From: Atribacterota bacterium
Lineage (GTDB): Bacteria; Atribacterota; Phoenicimicrobiia; Phoenicimicrobiales; Stramentimicrobiaceae
Direction of reading: 5' to 3'
NCBI GenBank assembly: GCA_040767965.1
Contig: JAXGNR010000004.1
Span: 192,001-256,000 of the forward strand
Length of the DNA: 64,000 nt
In this document: positions 58,681 to 64,000 of the stretch, in pieces
Position numbering within the stretch: position 1 is the stretch's first letter
How the letters are laid out: each line of letters opens with the position of its first letter
Notes under the pieces: model-generated
The model's database searches: none
What the model was told of the DNA's origin: nothing
What the model saw: the letters and a program-made list of their open reading frames with translations, nothing else
Translations under genes and position numbers: made by a program

Positions 58681-61113
58681 GTGCTGATAATGGTTGACAA
58701 GATCAAAAAAAGAGAAGGTTATCTGGTTAATTTTGATCAAGAAAAAATATACAATGCCATTTTGGCTGCCATGGAGGCTGTAGAGGAAAAAGAACTGGTT
58801 CAGGCCCGAAAAATTACAGATCATGTAATCTACAGATTAGAAGTGAATTTTGAAAAGAAAATTCCTTCGGTGGAGGAGATACAGGATATAGTAGAAGAGC
58901 AACTTATTGAAGCAGGATTAACAAAAGTAGCCAAAGCTTATATACTTTATCGAAATAAAAAAAATGAGCTGAGAAAAAAATTATATGTGAGAGATAAAGC
59001 AAGACAATATAAGGATAGTACCGAAATGTCTCTACTGGTTTCTGCTTCTGCAAAAGAGGAAATATCTCTGTGGGATAGGAATAAAATCATAGATGCTTTA
59101 TGTAAAGAAGCTGAAATACCCTTGTCTGTTGCTCAGAAGATTGCCAAGAACGTAGAAGAAAAAATATTTGCTTTAAATTTTAATAATATTTCAACTACCT
59201 TGATAAGGGAATTAGTAGATAATGAGTTATTTACCAGAGGGTATGAACAAAAATGGAACAAGCAAAGAATTATTGGAATGCCTGCCTATGATTTAAAGAG
59301 ACTTTTCCTGTCTAAAACAAAAGAAAATAGCAATATTGCTACTAATAACCCGGAAGCCATTAATCTTACTATTGCTGAAAATACAATTAAGCAATACATG
59401 TTACAGGAAGTGTTTAGCGAAGATGTGGCAGATGCTCATTTAAAAGGGGTCATCCATATACATGACTTAGGATATCCAAGGGTTTATTGCTCAGGACATT
59501 CCCTGGAATATATTAAAAAATACGGGTTAAAACTGGATAATTTAGATACGGCTTCTTCTCCCGCCAAGCATGCCAGGACTTTGACTGGTCATTTGAATAC
59601 TTTTCTTTCTTCAATGCAGGCATATTATGCTGGAGCATTGGGGATTGCATATCTTAATATTTTTTATGCTCCTTATCTGGAGGGTATGCCATATGAAGAA
59701 ATGAAACAGGAAGCCCAATATTTAATATTTAGCGGCTCCCAGAATGCTTTTTCCAGAGGAGGGCAGAGTTTATTTCTAGATTTCAATGTTCACTTAGGAG
59801 TACCTGATTATTTAAAAGAGATTCCTGCTATTGGTCCAGGGGGCAGATATACCGGAAAAACCTATCAGTATTATGAACAGATCTCACAATTATTTTTAAA
59901 AGCTTTAATGGAAGTATGGGAAGAAGGTGATTCTAATGGAAAAGTATTTGCCTTTCCCAAAATGGATTTACACATTAATAATAATTCTTTTCAGAATCCT
60001 GCAGAAAGAGAACTGTTGCAATATGCATGCAAAATAGCGTCTAAAAATGGAACCCCTTATTTTATTTTTGACAGAGACAGTGTTTCGCTTTCAGCATGCT
60101 GCAGGCTTAAAAATGAAATTACAGATATGAATATGATAAAAAACCCTGAAAAATTAAGATTTTCCGGCATACAAAATGTAACAATAAATTTACCACAATG
60201 TGCATATAAAGCAGTGCAGGAAAGCAAGAAAAATAATGGCGATAGTCCAGTTTCAGACAGCCTCCAAAATCTGTTTAATATATTTTTTGAACACATAGAA
60301 TTTTCTTTAAAACTCGCTGTAAAAGCTCATCAGGAAAAGAAAATATTTTTAAAGCAGATGATGGATTCCCCGGAAGGACCTTTATGGCAGATAGGCAAAA
60401 TTAGTCCAGACGGTGAACCTTATGTTGATTTGGAAAAAGGTACTTATTTAATAGGAATTATCGGTCTCAATGAGGCTATACAGTATTTAACCGATTGCCA
60501 AATGCATGAAGATGAAAAATCTTTTATTTGGGGATTAAAGACTATTTCTTTTTTAAATTTAAAATGCAATGTTTATGGTGAAAAATATAGATTAAAACTG
60601 TCCTTAGAAGAATCACCTGCGGAGAGTGCTGCAGGGAGGTTAGCTAAAATTGATTTGAATGAATATGCAGAGAGCAAAAAGGTTATAAAGGGAAGCATTG
60701 AAAATGATGAATGTTATTATACTAATAGTATTCATTTTGCTGCATCTGCTGATATTGATTTCATCTCCAGAATCATCAAGCAAAGCAAATTTCATCCACT
60801 TATTAAAAGCGGAGCTATTATTCATGCTTTTGTTGGAGAAAAAAGACCTCCTGCAGAAAGTATTTATAATTTATTAAAAAAAGTCTGGGAGAATACTCTG
60901 GCAGCACAATTGACAATTTCTCCTGAATTTACCATGTGTAACCAATGTAAAAAAATTAGTCCGGGACTGCTGAACAGTTGTGGCTACTGCAATAGTGAAG
61001 ATATATATGGTATTACCAGAATTGTAGGTTATTATAGTAAAGTAAATAATTGGAATAAAAATAAAATTGGTGAATTAAAAGACAGAAAATCCGGGAAATA
61101 CCAGATTGTGTAG
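58681..61113 (+). CDS. nrdD: Class III anaerobic ribonucleotide reductase with two ATP-cone-like domains
   Basis: H..G.IHIHDL, YC, SACCRL finger loop, VTINLP, PAES, YTNS, CxxC..CxxC, TRIVGY glycyl radical loop. Confidence 0.95.
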   Translation: MLIMVDKIKKREGYLVNFDQEKIYNAILAAMEAVEEKELVQARKITDHVIYRLEVNFEKKIPSVEEIQDIVEEQLIEAGLTKVAKAYILYRNKKNELRKKLYVRDKARQYKDSTEMSLLVSASAKEEISLWDRNKIIDALCKEAEIPLSVAQKIAKNVEEKIFALNFNNISTTLIRELVDNELFTRGYEQKWNKQRIIGMPAYDLKRLFLSKTKENSNIATNNPEAINLTIAENTIKQYMLQEVFSEDVADAHLKGVIHIHDLGYPRVYCSGHSLEYIKKYGLKLDNLDTASSPAKHARTLTGHLNTFLSSMQAYYAGALGIAYLNIFYAPYLEGMPYEEMKQEAQYLIFSGSQNAFSRGGQSLFLDFNVHLGVPDYLKEIPAIGPGGRYTGKTYQYYEQISQLFLKALMEVWEEGDSNGKVFAFPKMDLHINNNSFQNPAERELLQYACKIASKNGTPYFIFDRDSVSLSACCRLKNEITDMNMIKNPEKLRFSGIQNVTINLPQCAYKAVQESKKNNGDSPVSDSLQNLFNIFFEHIEFSLKLAVKAHQEKKIFLKQMMDSPEGPLWQIGKISPDGEPYVDLEKGTYLIGIIGLNEAIQYLTDCQMHEDEKSFIWGLKTISFLNLKCNVYGEKYRLKLSLEESPAESAAGRLAKIDLNEYAESKKVIKGSIENDECYYTNSIHFAASADIDFISRIIKQSKFHPLIKSGAIIHAFVGEKRPPAESIYNLLKKVWENTLAAQLTISPEFTMCNQCKKISPGLLNSCGYCNSEDIYGITRIVGYYSKVNNWNKNKIGELKDRKSGKYQIV

Positions 61114-61138
61114 AATTGAGAAAGAGAGCAATAAAATA

Positions 61139-61405
61139 ATGAAAATTAAGATATTTTGGAAAAGAGATTGTCCCAATTGCCCTCAGGCAAAAAAGGTAGG
61201 GAAGTTAATCAAAGACATTATTAGTGTAGAATATCTGGATATCGATACCGTTGATGGGCTTGCTGAATCTTGTATATTTAATGTCATGGCTACTCCCAGC
61301 ATGGTTCTGGTTGACGATAAAAACAAAGAAATAGAATCCTGGAGAGGTGTGGTACCTGAATCTGATGTCATTAAAAGAAGCATTTCAGACAAAAGAAAAT
61401 GTTAG
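61139..61405 (+). CDS. Thioredoxin/glutaredoxin-like protein (NrdH-like) in the nrdD operon
   Basis: CPNCP, DTVDGLAE, VMATPS. Confidence 0.85.
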   Translation: MKIKIFWKRDCPNCPQAKKVGKLIKDIISVEYLDIDTVDGLAESCIFNVMATPSMVLVDDKNKEIESWRGVVPESDVIKRSISDKRKC

Positions 61406-62105
61406 AATTAATAAAATGATTGAGTCATCATTAATTGATTGGGAAGGAATGATTGCAGCAACCCTTTATGTTGGAGGGTGCAACTTTCGCTGTCCATTTT
61501 GTTATAACAGGGAATTAGTTATACATCCTGAAATTTTACCTGTAATCCCGGAAGGGGATATTCTATCTGCCTTGAATGAAAGGAGGCCTTTTCTGGATGG
61601 AATCTGTCTTAGTGGCGGAGAACCAACAATCTATACTAACTTAGAAAAGTTTTTAAAGATCTTAAAAGAATATGGCGTAAAGATTAAACTTGATACAAAT
61701 GGTAGTTTCCCTGATAGGCTAGAAGAATTAATTAGAAATAATCTTGTTGACTATGTAGCAATGGATATTAAAAATAGTTTTCATGACCAAAAATATTATC
61801 AATTAACAGGCAGTAAAGATCCATTCCTGCTGGAAAAAATTCAAAAAAGTATTAATCTGATCAGGGAAGCAGACATTGACTATGAATTCAGAACCACTGT
61901 TATTCCTGGTTTCCTGGATGAATTGGAAATAAAGGAAATTGCCTGTTATATTCAAGGAGCAAAAAAATATGTATTACAGAATTTTGTAAATTCTGAAAAA
62001 ATGCTGGATCCTTCTTTGAACAAAATTCAACCTTATACTGAAGAAAAAATGCAAAAAATGGCCCAAAAAATTGAATATTTTGTAGAGAAAGTATTAGTCA
62101 GATAA
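61347..62105 (+). CDS. nrdG: Anaerobic RNR activating radical SAM enzyme (start uncertain, possibly ~61400-61416)
   Basis: SLIDW, GCNFRCPFCYN, SGGEPT, KLDTNGS, AMDIK, EFRTT. Confidence 0.92.
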   Translation: MWYLNLMSLKEAFQTKENVRINKMIESSLIDWEGMIAATLYVGGCNFRCPFCYNRELVIHPEILPVIPEGDILSALNERRPFLDGICLSGGEPTIYTNLEKFLKILKEYGVKIKLDTNGSFPDRLEELIRNNLVDYVAMDIKNSFHDQKYYQLTGSKDPFLLEKIQKSINLIREADIDYEFRTTVIPGFLDELEIKEIACYIQGAKKYVLQNFVNSEKMLDPSLNKIQPYTEEKMQKMAQKIEYFVEKVLVR

Positions 62106-62210
62106 AAATTCCTACTGAAGTTTTTGTTTAAGCGTAAAAGAAATATTAGAACGACATATTATATAAAAAATATATAAAAAATATTTATTTCTAATATAAT
62201 CACGTTTATA

Positions 62211-62257
62211 AAAAAGCAGAGCAATGATATCATAATATCTTGCAGTCTGCTTTTTTC
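62211..62257 (+). terminator. Terminator after the nrd operon
   Basis: aaaaagcaga ... tctgctttttt. Confidence 0.6.
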
Positions 62258-62584
62258 TTTTTTAAAATATTAAGTATTAATTTATGATTCAAAAAGAATT
62301 TCTTAATTGCAATATTTTAATAATTAATAAATTGCAATATTGAAGAGTAAAATGATAAGATATAAAAATGATTTAGAGAAATCTTAGCAGATACAAATCA
62401 AACAAGTTGTATAAAGATTTTTCCAGTTTATCAACAAGACTGTAAGATATAAAAAAATTTTTAATTTATTTTTTATAAAGGAGGAGAAGAGAAGGGCTAA
62501 ATAAAAAAGACGATTGTTAAATGTGAAAAACTACTGTGTACCAATTTTCAGTGGTTATTATAAAAAGGAGGAATAGAGGAAGAT

Positions 62585-63730
62585 ATGAAAAATTTTATAA
62601 AAATATTTAGTTTTTTAGTAATAATTGTTTTGTGTATTAACATCAACGGAATAGCTCAAAATGACTCAGTATTAATAGGATTGCAAGGTCCTTTAACCGG
62701 GTCTGAAGCTATTGAAGGTGAAATGGCCAAACGATGCGTAGAAACAGCTGCTAAAATGGTAAATGAAAAAGGTGGTATTCTTGATGGAAAGATGATTGAG
62801 GTTATTGTTGTTGATGATGAATGTTCACCTAGAGGTGGTTCCTTAGCAGCTCAGAACCTGGCTTCAAAAGGAGTAGTTGCCAGTATTTCTACATACGGAT
62901 CTTCAGTTACCCAGCCTGCTTCAGATATTTATGAAAGCTATAAGCTGGTTAATATTGCTTATGGGGCAACCGTTTCTCAGTTATCAGAGAGAGGTTTGAA
63001 ATATTTTTTCCGCACCTGTGGAAGAACAGATACTCAAGGAATGTTTTTTGCCAATGAAGTGATTCCTTATTTTACAGCAAAAAGAGTTGCTATTATGCAT
63101 GATAACACTTCTTTTGCTTTAGGATTAGCCGAAGAGGCGAGAAAATACCTCTTAGAAACAGAAGAAGCAGAATTGGTCTATTTTGACGCGATTACCCCGG
63201 GAGAATCTGATTACACTGTTCCTTTAACAAAATTACGTGAAACAAATCCCGATGTATTCTATTTTACTGGTTATTTTTCTGAAGCAGGATTAATAGTAAG
63301 ACAAGCAAGGGAAATTGGAATAGAAGCTATTTTTATAGGAGGAGATGCTGCAATTAATGAAGATTTTATCAAAATAGCAGGTTTGGAATATGCAGCAGGC
63401 TGTTATATGACTCAAGAGGCCTTAATTCAATATTTTACTAACCCGGAGGCCATAGAATTTAAAGAGAAATATCAGGAAGCTTATGGTAATCTTCCATCAA
63501 GCCCATGGTCTGTTTATGCGGCTGATGCGCTTTTAGTTTTAGCTGAGGCAATAGATAAAACAGGCTCAACTGATTCTGACATTTTGGCAGGTTATCTGAA
63601 AAATGAAATGATGGAATTCCCTAGCATCACAGGTCCTATCGGGTTTGATGAAAAAGGAGATCGTGTTGGTACGGGAATTAATTTATATGTAGTAAATAAT
63701 GATGGCAGTTATGCTATTGTAGAAAGATAA
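62585..63730 (+). CDS. Branched-chain amino acid ABC transporter substrate-binding protein (LivJ/K family)
   Basis: Signal peptide, IG..GPLTG, N..GGI.G, DD, FFRT, D..F..GL, ITGPIGFDEKGD. Confidence 0.92.
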   Translation: MKNFIKIFSFLVIIVLCININGIAQNDSVLIGLQGPLTGSEAIEGEMAKRCVETAAKMVNEKGGILDGKMIEVIVVDDECSPRGGSLAAQNLASKGVVASISTYGSSVTQPASDIYESYKLVNIAYGATVSQLSERGLKYFFRTCGRTDTQGMFFANEVIPYFTAKRVAIMHDNTSFALGLAEEARKYLLETEEAELVYFDAITPGESDYTVPLTKLRETNPDVFYFTGYFSEAGLIVRQAREIGIEAIFIGGDAAINEDFIKIAGLEYAAGCYMTQEALIQYFTNPEAIEFKEKYQEAYGNLPSSPWSVYAADALLVLAEAIDKTGSTDSDILAGYLKNEMMEFPSITGPIGFDEKGDRVGTGINLYVVNNDGSYAIVER

Positions 63731-63750
63731 TTATCCAGGAGTACTAGTAA

Positions 63751-64000
63751 ATGAAGTTAATTGTTGAACAGATCTTAAACGGGCTAACAATAGGGTCCTT
63801 TTATGCCTTAATCGCTTTGGGATATTCTATGGTATATGGAGTAATGAAGCTTATCAATTTTGCTCATGGAGATTTATTTACCCTGGGATCATATCTGGGT
63901 TATACATTGCTGGTGATGGGGACTGCCTATATAACTTCTACTTTTGGAGTATGGGGTGGAATGATTGCGGCTATTCTGATAGCCGCAATCGGAACCGGTA
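63751..64000 (+). CDS. livH: Branched-chain amino acid ABC permease LivH (runs off window end)
   Basis: MKLIVEQILNGLTIGSFYALIALGYSMVYGVMKLINFAHGD. Confidence 0.9.
   Translation, partial: MKLIVEQILNGLTIGSFYALIALGYSMVYGVMKLINFAHGDLFTLGSYLGYTLLVMGTAYITSTFGVWGGMIAAILIAAIGTG

Noticed and set aside
1104-61392. Numerous short overlapping or antisense ORFs in the track (e.g. 1976-2281, 32719-33279, 38535-38969, 40530-40967, 51134-51640)
   Set aside because: Shadows of well-supported genes with no motifs or SD

Overview
AT-rich chromosome segment of an anaerobic bacterium; gene style suggests Atribacterota/JS1, which is inference only. (1) 1-12.3 kb is a cell-envelope locus. It holds an ECF sigma factor, a zinc-finger anti-sigma with a CBM48/AMPK-type glucan-binding domain, and a Ser/Thr-tailed secreted protein. 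It also holds two very Cys-rich acidic lipoprotein paralogues, two Ig-like lipoproteins, two Omp28-like CxxC proteins, an O-antigen-ligase/OTase-TPR protein and a CxxC-less redoxin. Four of the lipoproteins share a CSGVxP-acidic tag, and the ECF-type promoter TGTAAC-N16-CGTATA occurs twice. This locus is the best candidate for an undescribed system. (2) 12.3-23.7 kb: pgm, a ThiF plus ubiquitin-like pair, DUF937/HerA-like ATPase/DUF4332, a c-di-GMP-I riboswitch before yggS, rlmN, tRNA(CAT) and rnpB. (3) 23.9-39.5 kb: dcw cluster from mraZ to ftsZ, without murD or ddl. (4) 39.7-57.8 kb: GntR-associated catabolic island for an unknown (hydroxy/poly)carboxylate, with a TTT transporter, LarA-family racemase, E1 alpha/beta without E2/E3, several dehydrogenases and three C-C lyases. 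(5) 58.2-64 kb: nrdR-nrdD-nrdH-nrdG and the start of a liv ABC operon. Many single-base frameshifts, including in pgm and ftsQ, look like long-read assembly errors.
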